From: Eledone cirrhosa
Lineage: Eukaryota
Direction: 5' to 3'
DNA length: 64,000 nucleotides
Assembly (NCBI GenBank): GCA_964016885.1
Contig: OZ024743.1
Location: 84,816,001-84,880,000, forward strand
Under the pieces are notes generated by a model. The model worked only from the letters and a program-made list of their open reading frames with translations, did not search any database and had not been told where the DNA came from. Numbering within the stretch: position 1 is the first letter of the stretch; the number at the start of each line of letters is the position of its first letter. Positions 27,987 through 40,400 of the stretch are shown one piece after another. Position numbers and translations under genes: made by a program.

Positions 27987-28340
27987 TTATTTCACTAAAT
28001 AAAACACTATTAACACCGTTTCAATATTTACAAATTTAATAAAAAAGAAACAAAGCCTAGAAAAGTATTACATTTTTACCCATAACCAATGGCAGCCAAA
28101 ATTTCAAATACAAACACACACAGACACATATATATAATCCATCTTTACGGAATGTATAGTTCCGAATGAGATACAGCAAAGCATTACACGTGACATTTTA
28201 ACAATCAAGCCCAGAAGGATGAAATGTAATGTTGACCTCAGTGGGATTTGAACTTGAAGCAGTGGAAACAAAGAGAAGCATTAAACCTCCTTTTCTAACA
28301 ATTGCCAACCCACTGGCCCTTTATCAATACAAAATCCTAT

Positions 28341-28545
28341 TTAACCCTTTAGTGTTCAAACCGACCAAAATTCTCTACTTCTTTCTGTTGAAACTGGCTG
28401 TAACCGGTCGCTCAAACTGATGTTACCGTATTGTTCTCAAAATAAATACTTTCAAAATCTCGTAGATTCGATATTATGTAAGATAAAGCCTTTACCATGA
28501 AAATACAATAGTATATATAGAGTAATGTAAATGCTAAAGGGTTAA
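28341..28545. mobile_element. TTAA-flanked MITE, piggyBac-like (copies 55416-55631 and 62244-62423)
   Basis: TTAA|ccctttag...ctaaaggg|TTAA termini. The internal sequence is shared with the two other copies in opposite orientation. Confidence 0.75.
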
Positions 28546-30347
28546 AACGATCTATACAGGGGAAATAACTTTCCATGAACAACTAAAAATTGTAGTATAT
28601 TCTTCCGAAGTCACAACCGATTAACTGACCAATAGAATGTTGAGATGCAAATGATCCTAATACCAAGAACAATGTTAACCAGAATATTTCCATTACAAGA
28701 ATGTTTTTTGGTTTGTTTACTATAGCATCACTGTATTCGTCAATTATTAAAATTGATTTTCTGACAAAATATTTCAGTCAGGTAGATAGATAATATTTCT
28801 ATTGAAAGAAGCAAGAGAAATACATTTACATAGATTATAAAAGTTACCCCTTTTAGTTAATAAGTTTTACTTAGAATTCATAAAATATATATATATAAAC
28901 AATGATATTAAACAAATGGAAACTATATTTATAAAACCATATTTATTTTATTATATATATTTCAAGGACACCAAAACACTTTGGTACGCTTTCTTCAGAT
29001 AAAATACAAAGTTTGTTTTATAAATAGAGACATATCCAGGAAAATCATACCTTATCGGTTGAATATTCCCTGGATAGTCATATATATATATTTATTTAGA
29101 AATTTGCAGTTAATTCTATATTTAACATAAACACTGCCAGAATTTTATCAAATTTTGTTTGATTTTGGGAATATAAAGTACCAGCAATTAAACCAACTTT
29201 CTGGGTTGTCCCTGTCATTTGTAACCTAGGAATAAGTTTATAATTCAATTCTCATCGCTAAATAATACACTTTACCAAATAAACACATTTACTGTATTAA
29301 ATATAAATACTTTATATAGAGTTCATTTACTCAGGAATTGCATTGTTAGAAACAAGGCCAGCAATTTGGGGGAAGAAGAAAGCCAATAATATCGACCCAG
29401 TACTTAACTGGTACTTTATTTTATCGACTTTGAAATGATGAAAGGCAAAGTAGACCTCGGCAAAACTAACCACAGAATGGAGAAAGTTGCAACTAAATAC
29501 TGCAAAGCATTTTGTCCAACGCTCTACCAATCTGATAATGATGATAACAACAACAACAATGAAGTAGAACAATAGAAACTCTGGCTGCCATTGTTAGCTC
29601 AGTCAAGATGTCGTTAATGCTTTCAAAGTTTAATGAGTAGTAAACTTTTTAATTTCATTAAAAAAACAATGGTTTTAATTTAAGAAACGTAACAATTATA
29701 TCAAACAAAATTGTCAAATTGATTTGAAGGGAGGTGGTATTGATGACCAAAATATAGAAACAGTAACGTGAGAGTTTCCTACAAATCACTTAGGGAGAAC
29801 TTATCAAAGACAATGTACTAACAACAGGAATTTGGACGGGGCCAATTAGCATTTTGACCTTTCTAAAATTGTCATCGATAGACAAGGATATATATACATA
29901 CACATATGTATGTATATATATATATATGTCTGTGTGTATATATACACACATACACACACATTTTGGCCTTTCTAGAATTGTCATCGATAGACAAGAATAT
30001 ATGTGTGTGTATATATATATTATATATATATACACACACACTCAGCAATGTAATTTTACAAAGCTGATGACACATGGCTGTGAGAGACTAATACAAGTCG
30101 GCATGTGTATATATGTATGTATAGTGATACATATATAGATATATATACATACATATATACACATAACTCTGTGAGAGGCATGTGTTGAAAAATATTCTAA
30201 GGAAAATTTCAAATGACGGAAACCCAATATTTTATGAATTTCTCTTAAAACTGAGTGACGTGGACAGGGAGAAAACATCGAGTGAATCTGTAATTTCTCA
30301 ACAACACACACCTCCCTTCAAATAGGAGAAAGCCAAGATGCTAATAC

Positions 30348-30431
30348 CTATACTTCTGGCAGGTGACAGCGTTGAATCTAAGTCAAGGTCTTCTAGTGGT
30401 GACAACAACATATCACACGATGATTCATTCT
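30348..30431 (-). CDS. Candidate alternative cassette exon of MIER between ELM2 and SANT
   Basis: cttctttttgtag|AG AAT...ATA G|gtatta. 84 nt, phase 1 to 1 like its host intron, no stop. Encodes (E)NESSCDMLLSPLEDLDLDSTLSPARSI. Confidence 0.5.
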
Positions 30432-31834
30432 CTACAAAAAGAAGTTTTATAGCTACAATATCAGGCGGCAGGTTTATACCATGAAAATATTTCATAGGAC
30501 GGCTTCAGGTAAGGGGACAGAATAGAACATTCCAAACACTTGCATCTAATTTAAATTATATACCACAAGCACTTAACCTATTTTATAATATTCTTAAGGC
30601 ATTACCAAAGAGAGTTTGATAAATATGGCACCAAACAAAGAATACATAAGAAGGGGATAGGGGAAATACAATCTTTTGACAGACCTCAACTAATTATCAA
30701 CTCATTCCAAAATGTTATACATATTTGAAATACACATTTCTGTATCATTTCCATGTTGGAATGGACGAAGTGAGACATTGAGGCATATTGTATGGCCAGA
30801 AGTCCTCCCTGTTGCCTGCCTAACTTGTTTTTAAGTAATGTACTGTGGAATCCTTTTATATGATATGTTTATGTACAATAAACAAGAGCCTTGCTATAAA
30901 AGAAAAAATAATTTTTCTCTTTTGTTCATATCTTAGCAACCATTGAGAATGCCAGATAACTGTTTCAATATTTGCTACTGCTGATTGTATACATTTTCAT
31001 TTAATGCCCTTTCTTTCATGCTGACATGGGTTGGATGGAGAATATATCATCATCATCATTGTTTTTACGTCCAGTTTTCCATGCTAGAAAGGGTTAGATA
31101 GGATGTTTTACAGCCAGATGCCCTTCTTGACACAAACCCATTGATTCGTCTTTTACAACAAGCAGGGATACGATGTATTACACACACACATATCATCAAC
31201 ATCTGGACGTTTTGGTAACCTTGTTCAAAGCATCTCTCCAGAGTGTTCGTTCCAGGTTCCTGATTACCTCTTCTCAGCTCTTACATAGGTGTCCCCTTCC
31301 CTGTCTATCAGGAGCTGCAATCTTGGTACATTGATGTATCCACCCATCACTACAGTCCAGATATTTACTCTCTGCATATTCAAACATACACATACAATAA
31401 GCTTCCTTACAATCTCTGCCCACCAAATTAACTGATTGTTTCAAGTCTAATCTAGAACACACTTGCCTAAGATGCCACATACTGGGATACAACCTGATCC
31501 CAAATGGTTGCAAAGCAAACCACTTAACCACATAGTCATGCCTGTCTTATATAGCAGACAATATATTATTTGTGTAAGTTGGGATTATTGAGAGAACTTC
31601 CTAAATACCTTTTTAAACATTTCTGTCTGACTCTCCCACCCATCATCATTACCATCACCATTATTGTTTTCATGCTGACTTTTCCATGCTGGCACAGGTC
31701 AGACGCTTTGATGCAATGTTCTACACCTAGATGCCTCCTCATGAAACTAACTCTTTTAATCGCCTCTTACAACATGCACAAATACAGTGTAACTATTCTA
31801 AAAACTGGAATACGGACAGCATAAAATTGAATAC

Positions 31835-31906
31835 CTTCTCGGTGGGGAATCGAACCCCAGTCTCCCACACGATTGGCAAAAATACTTACCACTATACTAC
31901 CGCCAT
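31835..31906 (-). pseudogene. tRNA-Asp-derived pseudogene
   Basis: Minus strand reads TAGTATAGTGGTAAGTAT...GGGAGACTGGGGTTCGATTCCCC, typical tRNA-Asp D and T arms. The acceptor stem is broken and the anticodon position reads ATC rather than GTC. Confidence 0.7.
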
Positions 31907-32309
31907 TTTAGAATATAATGTTTCATAACTACCACTCTCCTTATCCCTTTTCATACCAAACAATTTGCAACCACTCCAGGCTCTATGATATAAAACTGTA
32001 TATATCTAAAAACCTTCCATCATAATGTTATGTAATAACCTTTGTTAAGTTATGTTCCAAATACCAGCTAGATAATAAGAAAATTAGTCATATTAATAAA
32101 TCCTTCCATATTCTTGATTATTTTCAAAACTATTTAAAGCAAGCAGTGTCTTTCATTAGAAATATAATGAAAAGGTTAAACTATACAGTTTTTTCCAGGT
32201 GAACTTGGATTGAGCAGACTTATGATTAAAGGCAGTCCAGCCATAACCATACAATCTTTCCTAATAAAGCAAATGATAACAGAGGCATACAGATCATATC
32301 AGAGTTAAT

Positions 32310-32630
32310 ATTGTATGGTTTAGTTATGCATGGTAAGTTTCTATATATTGTATACAAGTGTGGTTTAGTTATGTCTGGTAAATTGCTGTCTTGTATACAA
32401 GTGTGGTTTAGTTATGTCTGGTAAGTAGCTATGTTTAGAGTAAGTGTGTTTTAGTCACATCTGGTAAGTTGCTATGTATTGTATAATAGTGTGGTTTAGT
32501 CATGTCTGGTAAGTTGCTATATGTCTGGTAAGTAGCTATGTCTTGTATACAAGTGTGGTTTAGTTTAGTTATAACTGGTAAATTGCTATGCATTGTGTAA
32601 TAGAGTGGTTTAGTTATGTCTGGTAAGTCC
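32310..32630. repeat. Degenerate minisatellite
   Basis: Recurring gtggtttagttatgtctggtaag. Confidence 0.85.
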
Positions 32631-32769
32631 CAATGAATATATAACTGGAATGTAAGCAAATATAGATGAGATAGATATATAGGAATAATTATAGTAGAAT
32701 TTCAGAGTTTTGAAAGAAGGCTCTATAGAAGTAGTTGATATTATCTAGGGACCTAATTAACAGAGGAGG

Positions 32770-33293
32770 TTGCTATGGAAACATAGTAGTTAGAATAAGA
32801 ACAGGGAACCGGATGGAAAGACTCCAGGGAGCTATTACTATAGTTAGAAACAAAAGTTGTTTTCTCCCTGAGTGAAAGGTAGATTATATGATGCCTGCAT
32901 GGACACGAAACATGGATGGTGAAGGATGAAGAAAAATGAACATAGCATGCTTCAATAGATGTGTAATATGAATGAGCTGAAAGAAAAAGCAAGCATAAAA
33001 AGAATCAGATGCAGTGTGTTAGAGAAAATATTGCACTGATATGGATGATGATTATTGGCTGAAGAAGTACCAGAAGATCCCAGTGGAAGGAACCTGCAGA
33101 AGGGATGCCATGAGTGGAAGGATATTATGCTAGATAAGGCTCAAAGAACTATCCAACACATGTAAGTATGGACAAATGGACACCAAAATAATGACGATGA
33201 ATAATGTGTAAGCTTCATGTTGAAGGAATGAATCAAGAGGAAAAAGGTGTTGGAGAAGACCTGTCCAACCCATGCAAGCATTGAGAAACAGAC

Positions 33294-33328
<35 letters not shown>

Positions 33329-33330
33329 AT
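32770..33330 (+). mobile_element. Old degraded RTE LINE 3' fragment with (GAT)n tail
   Basis: Broken translation gives HGHETW, IRCSV and IPVEGTC motifs. Ends in cccatgcaagcat...(gat)n, a tail seen many times in the window. Confidence 0.6.
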
Positions 33331-33569
33331 TGGATACAAGAGATTATGGAATCAATAAATGCATCACTTCAAAAATGTCAACCAAAATTAAAATCTCGAC
33401 ACCATTCTTGATATATTTTAGTTTTCCAGAAATGGCAAAGACAGAAATTGTCAGCAAAGTCAATTATTTCTAACATTCTTCATTACTTAATGAAATAGTC
33501 TCAGGAATAAAGACACAAAAAGGTTAATGTTATAACTATAAAACAGATGTCAGTAAGGGTGTTAAAAAC

Positions 33570-33990
33570 TGGTGGTTAATATATAATGTATTGTCTAGTA
33601 TAGTATAGCATATTTCATGTATAGTGTAGGGTTTAAAGTGTATTATGTGGTACATAGTAGAGTAAGTTATATAATCTATAATGTAGCACATGGTGTTATA
33701 CAATAGAGTACAGTATATAATGTAGTGTGGTACATAGTATGGTACACTGTAATTTATGGCATATAGTGTAGTGTGGAACATAGTATGGTACACTATAATT
33801 TATGGCATATAATGTAGTGCAGTACGTAGTATGGTACACAGTAGTGTAGTACATAGTATGGTGGTAGTGTTACACAATAGTGTATAGTATATAATGTAGT
33901 GTGGTACAATGTTACACAATAGTGTATAGTATATAATGTAGTGCAGTATGTAGTATGGTACACAGTATTGTATGGTATATAATGTGCTGT
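33570..33990. repeat. Degenerate low-complexity tandem repeat
   Basis: Recurring tagtatggtacac and ataatgtagtg. Confidence 0.8.
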
Positions 33991-34099
33991 GTAACACATG
34001 ACATCACCACTTGCACAATCTATATCTATGTGTACTGTGTATATAACTTGATATATGCAGCATGGCTTTGATCTCATTATGTGGCATCCTAGGCTCACT

Positions 34100-34350
34100 G
34101 CTGCCTTCCTTTACTGGGAAGGACAGGCAGTTTTTGTCTGCCTGGAGCCTATAGTAAAAGAGTTTGTGTAGTAGATGTGTTTGAAAGGGCTGAAAATAAG
34201 TACTTTCCTATTCGGCGAAACTCTGATTAACTTTTCTATGTTTCACTTGAAGAGGAAAATCAGGGTAGAGAGGGAAATGCTGCCTTACAACTAGCTTGTT
34301 GAAAGGTGAGTGAAAGTAGCAAGCATGGTCCGAGTTAATGAGCCTGCTCT
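34100..34350 (+). mobile_element. Tx1/L1-like ORF2 C-terminal remnant
   Basis: Frame with stops: IVKEFV**MCLKGLK...HLKRKIRVEREML...VER*VKVA, which resembles Tx1 C-termini (recognised from memory). Confidence 0.45.
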
Positions 34351-35309
34351 GAGTACGTGCCTATAGATTGGAGGAGAACAACAAACAGGGAGGGGGCACT
34401 TGTCCTAGCAGTCAGAGTGACCATGACTTTTTGTAAGCTTTCTCCATGAGTGAGCCTTTGGGAAATCTGCTTTGTTTGATTTTTTAAATGTTCATTTTCA
34501 GTCTGCAGGCTTTAGAATAGAAAATATAGAACATAATTTGAACATTACACCCAAGTCTTAGTCTTAATACTAAACCCAGATCTCATTTCAACTGATCAGA
34601 GAAAGGTGTGTATGTTGTTCTTTTCTCAAATACCTTACATATTCATGTTGGGGGGAAGAGGGAGGTCAATTACATAGACTCCAGTACATTACTGCTACTT
34701 TATTTAATCGATCCTGGAAGGACGAAAGGCAAAGTTGACCACAACAGGATTTGATCTTAGAATGTAGAAAGTCGTAATTAATTACTGCAAAGCATTTTCC
34801 CCCGACACTGCAGAACAGAAAACTAATTCTTTCTAACATTGGCACAAGGCCAAAGTTGATTGATCCCCGTATTTAAGTGGTACTTTATTTTAATCCTGGA
34901 AGGATGAAAAGCAAAGTTGACCTCAGAACGGAGAAAGTCCTAACTAAATATGCCAAAGCATTTTATCTGACGCTCTACCAATACTTCCAATCCACCACCC
35001 TTACATAACAGAAAAATAATGAAAACAGAATTTTGCTTAATTCTTAAAATTAAACGAAGTGTGCATTAAAGACACGAAAGAAATAATAAAAAATAATAAT
35101 AAAAAAATGGATATACAAATGATAAAATTAGACATAGCTGATTTAAAAAGTATACTTTGCATTGGTGACTTTGAAAGTATTGTTTCAGACTGAAATATTA
35201 AATTTACTAAAATATTGATAGTATCTATCAACGTGTAAGCTTTTGTTCCACACACTGGGGAGTTTAAAATTAATCCAATTCAAATAGTTTTCAAAGGAAT
35301 TAACCGAAC

Positions 35310-35391
35310 CTGTGGGGGAGACTGCCTGCATCTTCCTTCTCCGTAAAGCCTCTTCTGTGTTATGTCCACATTGCAACAACAAATATAGAGC
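35310..35391 (-). CDS. MIER1: MIER exon, end of ELM2 domain
   Basis: tttcag|GCT...ACA G|gttcgg. Translates ALYLLLQCGHNTEEALRRRKMQAVSPT (MIER ALYxLxxCxxxxEEALRR). 82 nt, phase 0 to 1. Confidence 0.95.
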
Positions 35392-35461
35392 CTGAAAATA
35401 GAAATGAAAAATGTTAGGAAAGGATTTCCATTAAATTCCCCACTCTTGAAAATATTTACTG

Positions 35462-36050
35462 CATGTATCTAGTTTAGAATAGGTACACCATATCCCTGTC
35501 TGTATCTGGTTTAGAACAGGTACACCATATCCCTGTCTGTATCTGGTTTAGAACAGGTACACTATATCCCTATGTGTATCTGGTTTAGAACAGGTACACT
35601 ATATCCCTATGTGTATCTAGTTTAGAATAGGTATATTGTATCCCTGTCTGTATCTGGTTTAGAAATGGTACACTGTATCCCTGTCTGTACCTGGTTTAGA
35701 ACAGGTACACTATATCCCTATGTGTATCTGGTTTAGAACAGGTACACTATATCCCTATGTGTATCTAGTTTAGAATAGGTATACTGTATCTCTGTCTGTA
35801 TCTGGTTTAGAATAGGTACACTGTATCCCTGTCTGTACCTGGTTTAGAACAGGTACACTATATCCCTATGTGTATCTGGTTTAGAATAAGTACACTGTAT
35901 CCCTGCGTGTATCTAGTTTAGAATAGGTATACTGTATCTCTGTGTGTATCTAGTTTAGAATGGGTACACTGTATCCGTCTGTATCTGGTTTAGAATAGGC
36001 ACACTGTATCCCTGTCCGTATCTGGTTTAGAATAAGTACACCATGTCCCT
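35462..36050. repeat. 37-bp minisatellite, ~16 copies
   Basis: Unit tgtatctggtttagaacaggtacactatatccctgtc repeated head to tail without spacers. Confidence 0.95.
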
Positions 36051-36406
36051 GCATACCCTAAGAGGTGAGCAAAAGGGTTGGAACCATATCTGTGTTGTAA
36101 GAGGTGACTAAATGAAGTCATGCCAGGTAGGACATTCGGCTGTAAAACATGCTTCTAAAAAGACACTATAATGAGTGTGAGATCTGTCAAGCACCAACAT
36201 CACAAAGCGCTACTTGTATTGTATAAGAGAAAGTGGGGTGTGATTTAAGGGAGATTCAGCAGTTATTTCTAGTAGGCTGAGCAACCATTTAGCGGCTCCC
36301 TGATTGGCTCATATAATATTATAAATGATAGAATATAAAGAGTGGTGTTAGTCACTTCCACTGTGCTAATCTGTAAGACAAGGTAAATAAAGTGTATTTA
36401 ACCAAC

Positions 36407-36498
36407 CTGTTCATCATCTCGAACATGTGTTCCAGTTGGGACACTGTTAACAGCATTCTGTACACTCTGAGCCTGGAATTGTTGAAGATAACTGCAAA
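36407..36498 (-). CDS. MIER1: MIER exon, ELM2 domain
   Basis: tttcctcag|TT TGC...GAA CAG|gttggt. Translates (V)CSYLQQFQAQSVQNAVNSVPTGTHVRDDEQ (MIER PxGxHxxDxEQ). 92 nt, phase 1 to 0. Confidence 0.93.
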
Positions 36499-36799
36499 CT
36501 GAGGAAAACAACAAGAGAGCAGATATGATCTGTTATTAAATATTCTAAATCAAATCAATGTTTATGTCTTTGAAGAAGAAATCAATAGTTTATAGTTAAA
36601 TGCTATTAAAAATCCAAAACAACCCCACTGCAACACAAAAATCAGGATTCAAACTGTCCCTAACAAAACACCACAGAATAACATCATCACTATCATTGTT
36701 TTATGCTTATTTGTCATCCTGGCTAAGGTCGGATTAGTTGTCATGGTTCAACACAAATCGTCTTGCTCATATGTTCCATAATTTAGTATAGATTCTAAT

Positions 36800-37265
36800 A
36801 ACAATGAAAATTATTGTGTATAGTGCTCAGGTGCATGTATAGTACATAGAATAATTGTTTCTACTTTAGGCACAAGGCCAGCAATTACCCAGTGCATTAC
36901 TGGTACTTTATTTTATCGACCCCGTAAGGATGAAAGGCAAAGTCAACCTCGGCGGGATTACATAGAATAATGCACAAATGTAAGGAAGGTCCACAGTGTA
37001 TGAGTCATGATATACATGTGTGCGTGTGTATGGAGGGGGAATATCAGGTGTAATCTTGTTGAATTTCGGGAAGTGTGGAAGTTTTGAAGAATGTAGTGTC
37101 CCGACAACTAACAACTGATGCTGGTAATTTGTTCTATGCTTTATCAACTCTGAGCGTGAAAAAAGTGTTTCCAAAAGTCGTAGGAGCTGTACTGTTTTCT
37201 GATTTTGTAAGCATGTCCAAGGGTGTTAGACATATGGAATCCAAAAAAGTGCTCAGGTTTGTTGT
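36800..37265 (-). mobile_element. CR1-clade LINE 3' end (further copies near 17615-17815, 20810-20870, 40885-41080, 45350-45490)
   Basis: Minus translation SNTLGHAYKIRKQYSSYDFWKHFF resembles the CR1 ORF2 C-terminal TRGHxxK...FF motif. The 3' UTR is shared among the copies. Confidence 0.7.
36856..36958 (-). mobile_element. 5'-truncated SINE nested in the CR1 fragment
   Basis: 13-bp TSD tacatagaataat at 36843-36855 and 36959-36971. Confidence 0.88.
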
Positions 37266-38532
37266 TGGAATCTATGGCTGTTTGAAACAAGTCAGGTCAG
37301 ATAACCATGTCTTGCACATATGTTCCATACACACTAGGTATATATAGAATAGGTATACTGAATCACTGTATGTGGCAAGAGATGACTAAAAGGGTGGACA
37401 GCAGAGTGAGGGGAGATGATAACATCCACCTCAAAAAAGACTCGATACCATGGGGGTCTGTGAAGTTAATCATGCTTTAGTGAGGAAAATGAACATAAAA
37501 CCCTTTTATCAGTTGTGTGTATATTGTAGATTTTAGAATAGGTTAGGCTGTATAAAAAACAATAGTTATAAGTTATATCTACCTCAAGTTTACCATAATC
37601 TTCAAATATAGGATGTGTTCTAGCATAAATATTTGTTATTAATGATCATCACTCTCTTTTTATTCATACTCAATCACATTATGTAGTGTAGAAGGGGAAC
37701 TTTTAGACATGCTGGGGCATGACAACCTCTCTAGTGTTGATGCTAAAGTAATTTTTTTTTTATTACACTCATCTCTGAGACAGATGTAATGGTGTACTCA
37801 GGTGGGGGAACCAAAAATAAAGAGTAATTTATGATAGTTTTGAAGAGCATATTATTTCAAAACACATAAAAAAAATCATAAGAAAAACATAAATTTCACT
37901 TCCAAAATTCTAATCAAACCTATCAACTAACTACCCTTAAAATTAAAAGTTTTCATTATTACACCAGTCTTGAAAACAGGTGCAATAAGAAAAATTTACC
38001 AAATCCATAATAAAATGTAGCTAGTACACTGACTAAAGTAGTTTGGTATTAAGAAGAGTATCCAGTCATAGAAACCAGGCTAAAATGGAACATAGGAGCA
38101 AGCCTTGACCTCCAAATCTATCTAAGAGGACAGAATATTGAATATGAACTGACTCAGATAGTAAGGGTTAGTCCAACCCTCGCCAACATGGAAAGTGAAT
38201 ATAAGATAACAATTAACTAATGAAACTTTTAAAAGAGTTTAGTAAAATATCAATAGTTTTCTTTATCAATAAAAATATTTTAAAGACACAATCAGAGGGT
38301 AATTATTGCTAAGTACAACATGTGATCCAGGGTAGTTAGCCATGGAAAGGGTTAACAAAAACTCAAATACACTCATGTTTTCTAAAACTACATCCACAAA
38401 TGTAAAAAATTGCAGACACACACACATATACATACACCAGCAAACTCATACAGATACACATACAAACAGTAAACTCATACACACACATACGCAAACTCAG
38501 ACAGAACTGTGAGTAATGAGCAATTGACTGAC

Positions 38533-38589
38533 CTTCATTATCTTCTAACTTTCTGGGGTCCCATAATAATCGGTCCTCATTTTCATATG
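38533..38589 (-). CDS. MIER1: MIER exon, ELM2 domain
   Basis: ttaacag|CA TAT...GAA G|gtcagt. Translates (A)YENEDRLLWDPRKLEDNE (MIER YENxDxLLWDP). 57 nt, phase 1 to 1. Confidence 0.95.
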
Positions 38590-39030
38590 CTGTTAATAGA
38601 CCAGAAATTAACACATACATTGTTACAAACCCTTTTATCAATATATACATAAACAACAACATATATAGATATAAAACAACATATACAACAGGGGCTGTAA
38701 TATTTAGGGACCAACCTCCTACCAAGAGCGGGCTGATATAAAAAAAAAAAAAAAAATTGATTTATATGAAGGTTAATTGGTAGAACCAGTAGAGCATCAT
38801 ATTAAATGCTTCCTCAGTATTTGTTCCAGCTCGCAGCTCTGAGTTCAACCTCAGGGTCGATAAATATAGTAGTACCAGTTCAGGGGTACACCTGGGAGCT
38901 AGACTAACCAGAGTTTGATTCACAACCGTGTGTGTCACAGGACATAGCAATAACAGTCCTGCCAATGATGACGACTCAACTGAATTACTATGTAGAGCTG
39001 AAGGTGATGGTGGTTTGCTGAGTAACTTAC

Positions 39031-39100
39031 CTGGTGCATCACCATACGTATTGAGTCCTTCAGGTACTTGAGCCTGATAGTCATGACCAACTTGAATAAC
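39031..39100 (-). CDS. MIER1: MIER exon, start of ELM2 domain
   Basis: ctttcag|GTT...CCA G|gtaagt. Translates VIQVGHDYQAQVPEGLNTYGDAP (ELM2 signature IxVGxxYQAxVP). 70 nt, phase 0 to 1. Confidence 0.95.
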
Positions 39101-39386
39101 CTGAAAGATAGAACATTTTTTTTATTACACCAGGTGGGCAAATTTGTCAAAAAGACCTCAATAGCCCTCACCATATCATTGTTTAAAACCACAAAAACGT
39201 CAACAACTCTCACCCCATCATTGTTTAAACCCCTAACACCCCTCCATTTAAAACCTCAACATGTCTGATCTTTATGTGACAGTAAATCCCACCTTTCAAC
39301 AGTGCATGCGAAACATTACAGAAATATCAAACAAAAAGTGTATGGACAGAACCTTGCTATAATTCCACCTCATTATATTGCCTAAA

Positions 39387-39571
39387 GGGCGGTGGATTGG
39401 CAGTATCGGTAGAGGGTCGGACGCCATACTTTCCAGCATAGTTACGTCCCTTTACGATCTGAGTTCAAATCCCGCCGAGGTTGACTTTGCCTTTCATCCT
39501 TACGGGGTCGATAAAATAAAGTACCAGTAATGCACTGGGTAATTGCTGGCCTTGTGCCTAAAGTAGAAACA
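39387..39571 (+). mobile_element. Full-length tRNA-derived SINE of the dominant family (about 20 copies in the window)
   Basis: A-box-like tggcagtatcgg, B-box gagttcaaatcc and core gcctttcatcc..ggggtcgataaaataaagtaccag. 15-bp TSD attatattgYctaaa at 39372-39386 and 39572-39586. Confidence 0.9.
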
Positions 39572-40320
39572 ATTATATTGTCTAAACAGCTCAAAGAAGG
39601 CATTTAGTCAATCATATTGTTCCCTTTTCGTCAAACTGCTACCAAGTTGTATGACCAAAAAAAAAAAAAAAAAAAAACTCTAGGGGCAGTTTCGGGTGGT
39701 TTGGCGCTAAAAGGATTAAATAGAGTATGTGTCTTGTCCAGGAAACAAAACCACCACTACAATTGTTTAATGTCTATTTTCCAGACTAGACAGGTCAGAT
39801 GATCATGTCTTGCTCATGCAACTTGTTTTTGGCTTGGTTTATTATGGCAGGATGTGCTTCTTAACGTCAACCAATTTACAGCATGTAATGGAAGTTTTAC
39901 TGCACGACACCAGCACTACCACCTTCCAAGGTGGTGTGGGTGCTTTTTGTCGTGATACCAGCACTACCACATTACAAGGTGGTATGGGTGTTGTGGCAAC
40001 AGCACTACACTACCTTACAAGGTAGTTTAGGTGCTTTTTATTGTGGAACCAGCACCTTACGAGGTGGAATGGGTGCTTTCTATCATGGCACCAGTATAAA
40101 CGACCACCTTATAAAATGTGAACTTTTGACCCTATGCACCACTAACATATTGATACATAGGTTGAAGAGATAGTGTACAGCATACAAGTTGCTTGAATTT
40201 GTCAGTAGTTCATGAGAGGTACTTATGTTATCAATTCTGGAGGGATTATAAAATCAACCACCAAGGAACTTCAACACCATGTCTCAAATATGCCACTGAC
40301 TGACTGATAGAAATGGTTAC

Positions 40321-40400
40321 CTTTTTCCAATCTTCTTCATTTTCTGGTTGATAATCATAATCTTCAGGGTCATCATCTTCACTGCCTGTCTGACTGTTAG
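40321..40400 (-). CDS. MIER1: MIER exon (acidic stretch ending EDWKK)
   Basis: attaacag|CT AAC...TGG AAA AAG|gtaacc. Translates (S)NSQTGSEDDDPEDYDYQPENEEDWKK. 80 nt, phase 1 to 0. EDWKK precedes ELM2 in MIER proteins. Confidence 0.92.

Noticed and set aside
35462-36050. CRISPR-like periodicity (37 bp); similar arrays at 4850-5410 and 18480-18920
   Set aside because: Head-to-tail units with no unique spacers, no cas genes, eukaryotic context.
36491-36498. Alternative acceptor tttgcag 7 nt inside the exon
   Set aside because: It would shift the frame of the conserved ELM2 sequence.
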